From contig JAXMOL010000050.1 in assembly GCA_034669905.1 (NCBI GenBank), positions 1 through 54,214 of the forward strand: a DNA stretch of 54,214 nt. Reading direction: 5' to 3'. Under the pieces are notes generated by a model, which had not been told where the DNA came from, made no database searches, and was given only the letters and a program-made list of their open reading frames with translations. Origin of the DNA: Candidatus Hydrogenedentota bacterium (lineage in GTDB: Bacteria; Hydrogenedentota; Hydrogenedentia; Hydrogenedentales; JAEUWI01). Shown piece by piece: positions 27,701 to 36,831 of the stretch (its first letter is position 1; each line of letters begins with the position of its first letter). The position numbers were made by a program, and so were the translations under genes.

Positions 27701-28559
27701 CCGGGATGCCCGTCGGGCCGTCCCCTTCGGCGCGGGTCGGCGTCGCCGGAACCGTAATCCCACCGTCCGCATCAAAAATCTGACGATCCAGCACATGTTC
27801 CATCAGCGAGTACTGCAGAGCCACCTGGCCGCTGTGTGCATCCACAAAGACCACGCTGTGCACGGGGTCCGCACCGTTGGCGGCCAGTTCCAAACGCCAC
27901 ACCAATCGGGTCGCGCCGGAAAGTCCGACCACGGAAGGGCGGAAGATCATCAATTCGGGCGCTACCACGCCCCGATAATCGCTGGCCACATGCGAATCAG
28001 AGTTTACCGCGAAATCGTTAATGGCCGCCGCAAGCGCCTGTCCCCCTGAAAGGGTCGGCGTCAACGATACCGAGCCATCATCCAGCGCACGGGTGTCGCG
28101 CATGATGTCGCTCATGACATTCTGCACGCCTCGGGAAGCATTCACCTGCAACACGACCTGGCCACCCAGAACCGGGATATCGTCGTAGTACTGGTCCAGG
28201 TGCACAAAATCAGCGTCCCCATAGGAACGGATCGGACCGGTACGGAAGTTCGTCGCGTCGCTGAGCACACCAAAGGCACCCGCGTGATCGGTGACAAAGA
28301 CCGATGCCACCGAAGCCGCATCCGCGGCCTTCGCTCCGGTCTCGCGCACGAGGAAACTACCCCCCGGAGGCGCACCGAGGAATCGGACGAATCCTTCGTC
28401 CGTCTGGTGAATCACTGGCGCTTCCGTCGCACCCGGCGCATTCAACGACCGGAGCACGCCCCGGACATCACTATCCTCTACCGAAAGAGATTCCGCCGTG
28501 CTGATGAAGGAAACCGTCACCATTGCCAAGGCAAGACCGCTGGTCAAAAATGCGTTCAT
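24780..28559 (-). CDS. Secreted M4 (thermolysin-like) metallopeptidase with FTP/PepSY propeptide, Ig-like and IPT/TIG domains, and C-terminal dockerin-like repeats
   Basis: VVAHELTHG, GAINESFSD, DNGGVHVNSG; IPT 'GG..V.I.G..V.FGG..TP.HAPG.VDV'; DVNNDG..DVQLVVN and DANRDG..DIQVVVN. Confidence 0.92.
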   Translation of the reverse strand: MNAFLTSGLALAMVTVSFISTAESLSVEDSDVRGVLRSLNAPGATEAPVIHQTDEGFVRFLGAPPGGSFLVRETGAKAADAASVASVFVTDHAGAFGVLSDATNFRTGPIRSYGDADFVHLDQYYDDIPVLGGQVVLQVNASRGVQNVMSDIMRDTRALDDGSVSLTPTLSGGQALAAAINDFAVNSDSHVASDYRGVVAPELMIFRPSVVGLSGATRLVWRLELAANGADPVHSVVFVDAHSGQVALQYSLMEHVLDRQIFDADGGITVPATPTRAEGDGPTGIPAVDDAYEFLGDTHNFYLTEHGYDSFDGNGSPIVATVNVPFSNACWGCSLSPGSTEEGSGDITEMLFGTGFVLDDVVAHELTHGLTQFTSGLIYFGFSGAINESFSDMWGEWVDQTNGSDNDTEANRWIVGEELDPSIFGTFGNVGIRNMKDPTIFGHPDRLGSSLLLDVTSFVDNGGVHVNSGIGNKLCYLLTDGGTFNGQTITGMGISMTADLFFGTQFLLSPGSDYNDLYLAMGASAIDMGLSFEERLNISNAGKAVEIIPDFLFDDGLRDFRALATTDTTGSPVIALKWTNPDAALFDEVVVVRSVVGFPTSLSDGEEIARGTMAQFLDEDVLDGVTYYYSVIVDLTSGLPQLVSARATAGEIASSALTESFGSDSLFGDGSNTVDLAYSQILYTPVGPPVGAFGSSTGSGSFNNYEATFNPEAFALPVAREDSAGRAFDITSPQDSGVVVNLGEKTFPFFGQPYAQIYAAANGYISFQPVGAGDTLNFPSLASHFAIPRISYFFAGNADLFDTLASSAGGSMWLRFLDDRFVVTYENVPQFNSLAPSTVGSTSTIQVELFYSGHIRMTYLDAVASAAVVGLSDGRGVPVDPATIFPGVASAGGLSDLSNLPENNVLLRLEPVSVAGVDAGELVEFTVTAIAPEGSATTPVLTGEWNGPGGLRFADNGNGTGTFSWQTTLQDAGTYQLRVTARADGQIAYQDITVQVGDVLLIPEATNLMLLSGEPGEDPTRSRAVQTESALSAAYSYSHPLQADGFGLYDEGSSVIYWYRNNQIVTSLTNRTRISPQATRGGDKWYFGVVPVTQIGIAGAIAFSPVVTVSAIPEIVSVTPALGSVMGGDVVRIKGNRMGAPISVSFGGTDVTSIRAISDGEIEVTTPLHAPGTVDVVVKTTNGNGILHNGFTYLGEGSAVAVTDVNNDGKIDAIDVQLVVNAVLALPGAKSEDVNPDANRDGQVNASDIQVVVNKALLR

Positions 28560-29019
28560 TCTTCCTCCAAGTCCCCTCGGCTTCGGAGCGATACCGCTCG
28601 TCATCGCTCCAGCCCTACGTCCTCGCATAGCTACCTTCTCCTTTGGGACCGCGCTGTCAACTACGGCACGGTTGAAAAATCAAATACGCTGCGCATGCGA
28701 GCCATATGGACCGCTATGCCTAATCAGGCAGCGACACAACCCGGGCTGCGCCAAATACTCCCCGTATTTTCGCGTCGTTCATGTCAAAATGGGTGGTAAA
28801 CATCTGACAACAGGATTGTGACAGATCCCCTACACCCTATCGTACTATTTTTTATCTTAATCCTTCTACACCAATACGATACGATAAGTCAAGGAAAACC
28901 TCCAACGGAATGGATGCAATATACGAAAAACGTCAATTGTGTCGCTCCGGTCCAGTTTCACCATGGGGCAGCCGATAGACCGGGAAGCACCCAGGCAACG
29001 GCAATGGAGGCCCTGTATC

Positions 29020-29343
29020 ATGTCCCTTCGTATTGAATCCCTCCCCCGGTCCCTCCCGGAATCGCGCCCACAGCGGGCACCCCAGACCTCACCGGACACC
29101 ACCACGATCGCCCAGGCCGTCGAAGACACGTTCGACCTGTCAGACTCAGGCCGCGACCTGCATCAACACCTGCAATCGCTGGCTCCCGCAGACCGGGAAG
29201 CCTATCTTAAGATGCTGGCCCGGCTCCTGAAATCCGGCGTGGTGGGCACGGAAACACTCGAGGTCCGTGGCCGATCCTATCAGACTTTCGCTACGACCCG
29301 ATTAGCGGATCCCCGACTCGCTCGTGCACGCCCATATCGCTAA
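29020..29343 (+). CDS. Hypothetical protein
   Basis: GGAGG RBS, 107 aa, 'DTFDLSDSGR' motif. Confidence 0.6.
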   Translation: MSLRIESLPRSLPESRPQRAPQTSPDTTTIAQAVEDTFDLSDSGRDLHQHLQSLAPADREAYLKMLARLLKSGVVGTETLEVRGRSYQTFATTRLADPRLARARPYR

Positions 29344-29365
29344 GGTCCACTCCGCAGCGCGTCCG

Positions 29366-30223
29366 TCAGGCCTGATTCCGGGCACCTGAACGGCCCTCCA
29401 GACCATGCAACAAATCCAACATCAACCGCGACTCCGCTACCTGGGACTCATGCTGGTAGGCCCGCACCAGATTCCCCAGCACCCGCGCCACGATGGTGTC
29501 CACCGAAGCCGCCTTGTCCACGATCGCCTCCGCCGCCTCCTTCGAGGGGCCTTGTAGCTTTAAAAAGGACTCCCGATCCACCATGCGCCCTCCGTTGAAG
29601 CAATCCACCAGCATCAACTGCTGGTTCAGCCGCACGCGGGCATAGAAATGATTCGGCCAGTTACAGCCCCCAATCTTAAATCCCAGACGCTCCCCCACCA
29701 GCATGTAGACACAGGCCAGGCTGATAGGCAGGCCCCGGCGTGTTTCCACCACATTGACCAGGTTGCTGTTGAGGGGATGATAATAGTTGGAGCGATCCCC
29801 TTCCAGGCCCTTCTCCTTAAAGAGAAAGCGGGAAAGGGTCTCCTCGTCGACCGTGCCGCCACGGAGGCGAAAGGCCTCGGCCAGCTCATCCAATACGGTG
29901 CTTAGCGTGGCCCCATGGCCCGGACCATTCTGAAACTCGGACAAGAGGGCCAACGCGGTTTCCAGGCGGGAAAGGGGGCGCTCCGATTTATCCGCCCGGA
30001 GCCAGGCCTCCCAGCCCTCCCGCAGCCGCCGACGACCTTCCTCCACGATGAGTTCACGGATGGTGGCCAATGCGGGTCCTTCGGGGGGAAAATCCAACGC
30101 GGCCAAATCCGCCATCAGCGACGGTCCATAGGCGTAGAACTCCCGCGCCAGGGCCTCGCGGACCACCGGAGACTCGTCCCCGAGTAGTCGAAGCAAATGT
30201 ACCAACTGCCCTTGCTCGCCCAT
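29366..30223 (-). CDS. SirB1/transglutaminase-like (Transglut_core2) protein
   Basis: GDRSNYYHPLNS, RRGLPISL..VY, PNHF, VDCFNGG, RVLGNL. Confidence 0.85.
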   Translation of the reverse strand: MGEQGQLVHLLRLLGDESPVVREALAREFYAYGPSLMADLAALDFPPEGPALATIRELIVEEGRRRLREGWEAWLRADKSERPLSRLETALALLSEFQNGPGHGATLSTVLDELAEAFRLRGGTVDEETLSRFLFKEKGLEGDRSNYYHPLNSNLVNVVETRRGLPISLACVYMLVGERLGFKIGGCNWPNHFYARVRLNQQLMLVDCFNGGRMVDRESFLKLQGPSKEAAEAIVDKAASVDTIVARVLGNLVRAYQHESQVAESRLMLDLLHGLEGRSGARNQA

Positions 30224-30371
30224 AGTCTCCTGTCCCTGGTCGTCCGACACTACGCCGGAAAGGTTCCCCATACCATTGCGATGCCCTCCATTGTACACGC
30301 CCAAACGCCATCCGCCAAGTACCCTTGGGCCCGGGGATGAGGGGCGCAGGGAAAGCACGCCCAAAGGGGGA

Positions 30372-31496
30372 TTAGACCGGATCAAAGGCCCGGTCGTAGT
30401 CTTTCCATACGGGGTCATAGCCCGCCGCCCGAATCACCTGCACCACCTCTTCGGGGGTGCGGAGATCTTCAATCTCAAACTGCTCCAGGACTTCCTTGCC
30501 ACGGGAGGCGTAACCGCCCGGTCGGGTGCTGGAGCCGGCGCTCATGGCCGTAACGCCCAGGGGAATCAGCTTATCCCGGAAGGAGGCCGCCTCGCGGGTC
30601 GAGAGATTAAAGCCCACTTCCGGCAAGAAGAGACGCAAGGCCAACATGCCCTGCACCAAATCACTATCCCCCACGAAATCCCGCACGGCATAACGCTCCG
30701 GCGTGTGAAGCAGCCGGGGGAAGGAGACCGAAAGGGAGGACTGCCAGCAGTGCTTTTGGAGGTGTCGTGCGTGGAGCCCGACCCACAGGAGTTCCTGCTG
30801 CCACTGATAGAGGCCCAGCAGGGCACCAATACTCAAATTGCGCACCCCGGCCTTACCCGCCCGCTCCGAAGCGTCGAGGCGGTAGTCATAGACCGATTTC
30901 TCCCCTTCGAGGTGGACCTGGCCGTAGGTGGGCCGGTGGTAGGTCTCCATGTAGAGCGTCACCCCTTCGAGGCCCGCTTCCACAAATTTCACATAGTCGG
31001 CTTCATCGACCGCATAGACCTCGACGGAGACCCCGCTGAAGTACTCCCGGGCAATGGCGATGGCCTCGGCGATATAATCCACCGTAACAGCCTTGGGCGC
31101 TTCCCCGGTCAGGATCAGCACGTTCTGATAACCCATACGGGAAAGGGCTTCGCACTCTTTCCGAATCAACTCCGGCTTGAGCGTGATCCGCTTCTCCTTA
31201 TTGCCCGAACGCACGGAAAATCCGCAATACACACAGTCCGCGGCACAAAGGTTAGAGATATAGAGGGGCGCGTAGAGGGAAATCGTGCGGCCAAAATGCC
31301 ATCGGGTAAGCCGGTTCGCCTTCTGCGCCATGGGCTCCAGATACGGCTTGGCCGCAGCAGAGAGCAAGGCCCCCAGATCGGCCATGCTGAGCTCGTCTTT
31401 GGCCAGGGCACTTTCTACGTCGGCCGCCGTCGCCTCGCTGTAGAGGGGCAGGAGACGTGATTCGGGCCACGCTGCAATGGTGGATTGAAAACTCAT
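30372..31496 (-). CDS. thiH: 2-iminoacetate synthase ThiH (radical SAM)
   Basis: FGRTISLYAPLYISNLCAADCVYCGF, ETYHRPTY, GALLGL, LSTRE, SAGSSTRPGGY, QFEIED.R, PVWKD. Confidence 0.92.
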   Translation of the reverse strand: MSFQSTIAAWPESRLLPLYSEATAADVESALAKDELSMADLGALLSAAAKPYLEPMAQKANRLTRWHFGRTISLYAPLYISNLCAADCVYCGFSVRSGNKEKRITLKPELIRKECEALSRMGYQNVLILTGEAPKAVTVDYIAEAIAIAREYFSGVSVEVYAVDEADYVKFVEAGLEGVTLYMETYHRPTYGQVHLEGEKSVYDYRLDASERAGKAGVRNLSIGALLGLYQWQQELLWVGLHARHLQKHCWQSSLSVSFPRLLHTPERYAVRDFVGDSDLVQGMLALRLFLPEVGFNLSTREAASFRDKLIPLGVTAMSAGSSTRPGGYASRGKEVLEQFEIEDLRTPEEVVQVIRAAGYDPVWKDYDRAFDPV

Positions 31497-31661
31497 GATG
31501 GGAACTACACCTGATAGGTCGTAACAAGGGCCACCGGGAATCGGGCCACTTACACCGTCTATTCTATCCCCTGGGCCCGCCGGGTTTCCATGCCCCGCCA
31601 CAATTCGAGGCGTCTCCCCCGTTCTGGTAGAATCATCCCACACAAAAACAAGGAACCCCCT

Positions 31662-33680
31662 ATGACATCGCTCCTGCTCGCCGGTCTGCTCGCGCTCGTC
31701 GCCGCAGACTCCGATTCGACCCAGCCGCCCAGCATCATTGATCAGCCGTCCATCACCTATCCCAGCGAGATCCCCGAGGTCCCGTCGCCTGAAGACGAGG
31801 ATCCCATCGCCACGGCCCTGGAAGAGATGTCCCTGCGCAAGAAGGTGGCCCAGCTGATGGTGGTCACCATGGCGGGCAGCCACCAGCCCAGCGCGGAAGA
31901 CGTGGCCTTCCTCAAGAGCTACCCGCCCGGCGGGGTCATCATCCGAAAGATCCTGAAGCCCTCGTACGCCTCGGTCTACGTCACCAAAGTCCGGGGAGTC
32001 GAGCAAATAACGGGCATTCCCCTCTGGGTCGGCACCAACATTTACCGCCTCACCACGGCAGAACGCGAAGAACTCAACGAATTCATTCAGCTCCCGTCGC
32101 CCCTTTCCCTCGCGGCCGCCAACGACCCCGCGACCACCGAGGCCCTCGCCGAACTGCTCGCCCAACACCTCAATCTGATGGGGTTCAATCTCCACCTGGG
32201 CCCCTCGCTGGAGCTGGCTCCCAGCATCAAAGACGCCGTGGGCTCCGTCTACAACCTGGGCAGTGACCCCTATTTCATCGGCGATACCTTTAATATTACC
32301 CAGCGGGTCTTCAACGAGCGCGGTATCATCGCCGTACCCCTTGGCTTTCCCGGCGGCGGGGCCAACCGGCTGGAAAAATCTGCGGCCGTGCTCCTGACCC
32401 CCGTGGCCCAACTCCCCCAGCAGGACCTCTTGCCCTATCACCGGGTGATTGCCAACCAGGCCCCCCTCATGCATGTGGGCAATACCCTCGTTCCCACCCT
32501 GGACAGCAGCGGCCTCCCGGCCTGCGTTTCCCCCGTAGTCTTGCGCCAGATGCTCCGCACGGACCTCGCCTACGAAGGCATCGTCCTCGCTGGCCCCATG
32601 GATACCCAGGACGTGTCGGGCATCATCGATCCCGCCGAAGCTGCCATTCGGGCCCTCACCCATGGCGCCGATATGATCATGTGGGATGGTGCCGACAACC
32701 AGGAAATGCGCGCCGTCGACCGCATCACAACGGCCGTCCACGAAGGGCGCCTTACCGAAGACCTCATCAACACGGCCCTGAAACGGGTGTTGACCTACAA
32801 ATTCGAGCACCTCATGGAGCAGGTCGCCAAGTCGGAAAAGGATGCCGCCCCCCTGGAACACACCCGCAAGCTGGCTGAGAAAGTTCAAGCCATCGAAGAG
32901 CGGGCCATCACCGTCGTCCAGAACAAGGGCAACGTCCTCCCCCTGCAAAAAGACAAGAGCATGCCCATCGGAATCACCGGCACGATCGGCGTGGAAATCC
33001 TCCACGCGGGCATGGAAAAACACATCAAGCGCATTTCTCAGCAACCCATCACCACGGCCCGCCACGTTGGCGAGATCAAAGATTTTGAAATTCACCGCAT
33101 CACCAGCCACATCCGGGGCATCCGCACGGTGGTCTGTGTCTTTGGCGAAACCGATCGGCCCGAAGGCCAGGTCCGTCTGGTTCGTGAGCTGAAGGCCAAA
33201 GGGGCCCAGGTAGTCGTTGTGCTGCTGGGTTACCCCCGCAACCTGCCCTACCTTTCCGAAGCCGACGCCATCGTGCTCGCCTACTGCGACAGCAACAAAT
33301 ACAGCCAGACCCTGGTTTCCATGGCCGATGTGCTCGTGGGAGAAGGCGCCATCCGCTTCATTGACATCGATCAGGAAATCAACGTCAACGTGGGCGAATC
33401 CCGCACCTTCAACGCCTATGACTTCATACGGGTACCCGCGGGACGCCTGCCTATCACCCTCTCGAAGAATTTCACGGTCGGCCAGGCCGTCCCCTATAGC
33501 CCCGAGACCGCCATCAAAAAACTTCAATGGAACTTTGGCGACGGCAAGAAGTCCAAGGAACCCCGCACGGTGCACGCCTTCAAGGCGCCGGGAAACTATC
33601 CCGTCAACCTGAGCGTCACCACGCAGGATGGGGAGACTACCTATTGCACCTTTCATATCGTTGCGAATGGGGTACAATAG
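31662..33680 (+). CDS. GH3 (beta-N-acetylhexosaminidase-like) fold protein with C-terminal PKD domain and non-canonical active site
   Basis: MSLRKKVAQL, GFN..LGP, LRTDL.YEGIVL, GADMI, NKGNVLPL, WNFGDG (PKD). Confidence 0.8.
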   Translation: MTSLLLAGLLALVAADSDSTQPPSIIDQPSITYPSEIPEVPSPEDEDPIATALEEMSLRKKVAQLMVVTMAGSHQPSAEDVAFLKSYPPGGVIIRKILKPSYASVYVTKVRGVEQITGIPLWVGTNIYRLTTAEREELNEFIQLPSPLSLAAANDPATTEALAELLAQHLNLMGFNLHLGPSLELAPSIKDAVGSVYNLGSDPYFIGDTFNITQRVFNERGIIAVPLGFPGGGANRLEKSAAVLLTPVAQLPQQDLLPYHRVIANQAPLMHVGNTLVPTLDSSGLPACVSPVVLRQMLRTDLAYEGIVLAGPMDTQDVSGIIDPAEAAIRALTHGADMIMWDGADNQEMRAVDRITTAVHEGRLTEDLINTALKRVLTYKFEHLMEQVAKSEKDAAPLEHTRKLAEKVQAIEERAITVVQNKGNVLPLQKDKSMPIGITGTIGVEILHAGMEKHIKRISQQPITTARHVGEIKDFEIHRITSHIRGIRTVVCVFGETDRPEGQVRLVRELKAKGAQVVVVLLGYPRNLPYLSEADAIVLAYCDSNKYSQTLVSMADVLVGEGAIRFIDIDQEINVNVGESRTFNAYDFIRVPAGRLPITLSKNFTVGQAVPYSPETAIKKLQWNFGDGKKSKEPRTVHAFKAPGNYPVNLSVTTQDGETTYCTFHIVANGVQ

Positions 33681-33709
33681 GGGTATCTTTGGCTCGAGGA
33701 ATAACACGC

Positions 33710-35278
33710 ATGTGGAAGATACGCTTACCATATCTGAGGGGTCGAGGGGCACGCCGCAACGTTATCGTGATCGGCCTTTTGCTCCTTTCCGGCGCGGTCG
33801 CCAACGGACAGGAACCCGACCACACCACCTACATCATCCGCACTCCCAAGACCGACGTGGATACCCTCCGCAAGATTGAGGAAACCGGTGCCATCGTGGA
33901 CCACTATGACGGCAACGGAACCCGGGCCTACGTGCTGCACACCTACTGGCCCGCCTTCCAGGCCAGCAATATCCCCTATACGCTGGAAGCCATCCAGCCC
34001 CCCGCGGAAAAGCAGGCCACCGACTACCCCAGCTACGGAGAACTGAGCACCCTTCTCAGCGATTGGGCGACTGCCTACCCGGCCATCTGCCGCCGCGTCA
34101 GCATTGGCCAGTCTGCCCAGGGGCGGGAGCTCTGGGTGCTGCAGATCACCGACAACCCGGGCGTGGAAGAAGATGAGCCTGAATTCGCCTATCTCTCGAC
34201 CATGCACGGAGACGAAACCGTGGGCACGGTGCTCTGTCTCAACTTTATCGAAACCCTGCTCACGGGTTACGGCAGCGACGCGGGCATCACCAGCCTTATC
34301 AACGAAACCGACATCTGGATCCTGCCCCTCCTCAATCCCGACGGCTACGAACTGGGGATTCGCTGGAACGCCAACAACGCGGATCTGAACCGAAGCTTCC
34401 CCGAGTGGCCGCTGGACTTTTCCGGCACCCTCGCCACCGAGCCGAACTTCGATACCACGGGACTCCAGCCGGAAGTGGCCCGGGTCATCGACTGGTCAGT
34501 CGACCACCGATTTGTTCTAATGGCCAGTTATCACGCTGGCGCACTCCTCGTGAATTATCCCTACGATGAAATTCCCGACATTCCATCGGGCCAGGAAGCG
34601 GCCACGCCCGATGATGACCTCATGCGTTCCCTCGCCACCACCTATGCCAGCCTCAACCCTCCCATGGCCGCCAGTCGCGTATTTCCCGGCGGCATCGTCA
34701 ATGGCTCGGTGTGGTTCCGCATTTCGGGCGGCATGCAGGATTGGCATTATCGCTACGCGGGGGCCATCGATTTCACGTTGGAAATCTCGACCATTAAGAA
34801 CCCCGGCACGGGTAGCTTGCCCGGCCTCTGGGACGATAACAAGAACGCCATGCGCGCCTACCTGGACCGGGTCCATCGTGGGGTCCGGGGCGTGGTGACC
34901 GATGGCACGACTGGCACCCCCCTCTTTGCCACCGTGACGGTGGAGGGCAACACCCAACCTGTCTTTACCGATCCCGAGGTGGGCGATTATCACCGCCTCC
35001 TGCTACCCGGCACCTACACCCTGCGCGCGGAAGCCCCGGGCTATATCCCGTACACGACGGCCAACATTCTGGTGGGGGAAACTTCGGCCGTCCGCAATGA
35101 CGTGGCCCTTTCGCAAGGCGACGTGGACGGCAACGGCCAGGTGGACGCCGTCGACCTCCAACTGGTGGTCAACAACATCCTCGGGCGGGACGAAACCCCC
35201 GCAGCGGATGTGGACGGGAACGGCGTATCGGCTACGGACCTTCAACATCTGGTGAATCGGGTACTGGGACGGCCGTAA
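33710..35278 (+). CDS. Secreted M14 zinc carboxypeptidase with CarboxypepD regulatory domain and dockerin-like repeats
   Basis: MHGDE, NPDG, DLNRSFP, SYH.G..VNYPYD, GGMQDW, TLE; DVDGNG..DLQLVVN. Confidence 0.92.
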   Translation: MWKIRLPYLRGRGARRNVIVIGLLLLSGAVANGQEPDHTTYIIRTPKTDVDTLRKIEETGAIVDHYDGNGTRAYVLHTYWPAFQASNIPYTLEAIQPPAEKQATDYPSYGELSTLLSDWATAYPAICRRVSIGQSAQGRELWVLQITDNPGVEEDEPEFAYLSTMHGDETVGTVLCLNFIETLLTGYGSDAGITSLINETDIWILPLLNPDGYELGIRWNANNADLNRSFPEWPLDFSGTLATEPNFDTTGLQPEVARVIDWSVDHRFVLMASYHAGALLVNYPYDEIPDIPSGQEAATPDDDLMRSLATTYASLNPPMAASRVFPGGIVNGSVWFRISGGMQDWHYRYAGAIDFTLEISTIKNPGTGSLPGLWDDNKNAMRAYLDRVHRGVRGVVTDGTTGTPLFATVTVEGNTQPVFTDPEVGDYHRLLLPGTYTLRAEAPGYIPYTTANILVGETSAVRNDVALSQGDVDGNGQVDAVDLQLVVNNILGRDETPAADVDGNGVSATDLQHLVNRVLGRP

Positions 35279-36803
35279 TACCTTTCCACGGCTCTGGATT
35301 CTCGCCGTTTATCGGGAATTCCCGGTAGATCTCCCGCACCAATTCATCGATGTCTGTCAATATGGGCACCGCGGTGATGTAGGCGATGTCCGAATTCGGT
35401 GCCGGGGAAACATAGTGGACGAGGCGGAACCCCTTGCCCACCAGCCAGGCATCCAGGCGTGCGAGGGTGGGCTCTCCTTCAAGAACAGCCAACTCGTCCG
35501 TCGTGACCGCAAAGACCACCCGGCCGCCGGGGACCAGCCATTCCCGGGAATACCCCAAGACCCAATCGACATCCTGATCGCATCGCTCGGGCGTCACCCA
35601 CATGACCGCATCAAACGCTGCGCTCGCCAGGGGCAATTGATCCACCCGCCAGATCTCATCGTAGGACTTGGCCCGTTGTCGCAGGGCAATCACTTCACGC
35701 GCCACCCCCACCAGGCGTTCCACCCCCCGATGCAACATGCCCACCCGACTCGCCTTCAGCCCCAAACCGAAATCCAGGACATGGCGCGACGCCAGGGGCA
35801 CCAAGTCCCGCGTTGCCCCCGCCGCCCGAAACCGGGGATAGCTCCGCTCGCCCAGGGCCAGACCGTGGGCATTCAGCCGTTCCAGCACGGCGGTAACACG
35901 GTGGGCGTAGGTATGATTCGCCAATACCTCCGCCTGACCCGCCGCACCGATGGCCTCGGCCGCTTCCTGATCGTTGAGATAGTGACGCACCTGCGAGACC
36001 AAATCCCCATCGTCGTAGCCGATATAGTGGACGCCCTCCTCAAAGAGTTCGTCCAGGCCGTTCGCCACCGCCTCCCGGTTGGTCACCAGCGGACGGCCCG
36101 TCGCCAGGGCTTCGAAGACCCGCATGTTGACATCACAGGCGATGCTCGCGTTGAAGACGAGTCGCGCCGGAGACAGCACCTCGGCCATTTCTTCGGGACC
36201 CATCCCGAAAAACACGCGCAGGTCAAAGGCTCCGTTCAGCATGCCGAGCCGGGCACGGCGCTGCCCGTTGACATAGTAGTGGGTACGCCCCACAAAGGCG
36301 ATATCATAGGCCGGTGCCACCTCCGGCTTCCCGTAGTGGGATGCGGGATCACAGGCAAGGGGGAGCCAGAAGGCCCGGCAACACCCCACCTGGTACATAT
36401 ACTTCACCAACGCGCGCTGGGCAAGAAAGACAAAGTCATAGGCATAGGCATATTGATATTCACTGACGTCATGCCACGTATCCACAGAAAGATAGACCGT
36501 GGGACACCCGACCTGGCCAATACCCTCGATGCGCACATCGCTGGACTGGATCACCACCAGCAGATCGGGCTCCCACCCCTCGGGAAGCAGGGCCAATCGC
36601 TCCGCCGCATCCGCCGTGGTGGTACAGGCATCGTTTTTCACCACGTACGATGAAACCCGATCCCAGTCCGGATAATCATGGCCTTCCGGCACGATGGCCG
36701 GCCCCACCACGAAGGTGTCACAGACCGCGCGAAAAGCACGGACATAGTGCGCCGACCAATGAAGTAACGTCTCCGCAGCAAAGAGGCAGACCCGAGGTTT
36801 CAT
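35232..36803 (-). CDS. CgeB/YkvP-like glycosyltransferase fused to a degenerate methyltransferase-like domain
   Basis: WLPLACDP, YDIAFVG, NMRVFEALATG, HTY.HR; C-terminal VLDFG.G..L.PGGR. Confidence 0.8.
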   Translation of the reverse strand: MKPRVCLFAAETLLHWSAHYVRAFRAVCDTFVVGPAIVPEGHDYPDWDRVSSYVVKNDACTTTADAAERLALLPEGWEPDLLVVIQSSDVRIEGIGQVGCPTVYLSVDTWHDVSEYQYAYAYDFVFLAQRALVKYMYQVGCCRAFWLPLACDPASHYGKPEVAPAYDIAFVGRTHYYVNGQRRARLGMLNGAFDLRVFFGMGPEEMAEVLSPARLVFNASIACDVNMRVFEALATGRPLVTNREAVANGLDELFEEGVHYIGYDDGDLVSQVRHYLNDQEAAEAIGAAGQAEVLANHTYAHRVTAVLERLNAHGLALGERSYPRFRAAGATRDLVPLASRHVLDFGLGLKASRVGMLHRGVERLVGVAREVIALRQRAKSYDEIWRVDQLPLASAAFDAVMWVTPERCDQDVDWVLGYSREWLVPGGRVVFAVTTDELAVLEGEPTLARLDAWLVGKGFRLVHYVSPAPNSDIAYITAVPILTDIDELVREIYREFPINGENPEPWKGITAVPVPDSPDVEGP

Positions 36804-36831
36804 AGCATCTGACCATCCCCAGATGGGGCCC

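Noticed and set aside
24753..28049. 1098-aa plus-strand ORF
   Set aside because: Antisense shadow of the M4 peptidase gene with no motifs; typical of GC-rich codon bias.
31497..33752. Apparent 750-aa N-terminal extension of ThiH
   Set aside because: It is the antisense shadow of the GH3-like gene; ThiH homology starts at ATG 31496.
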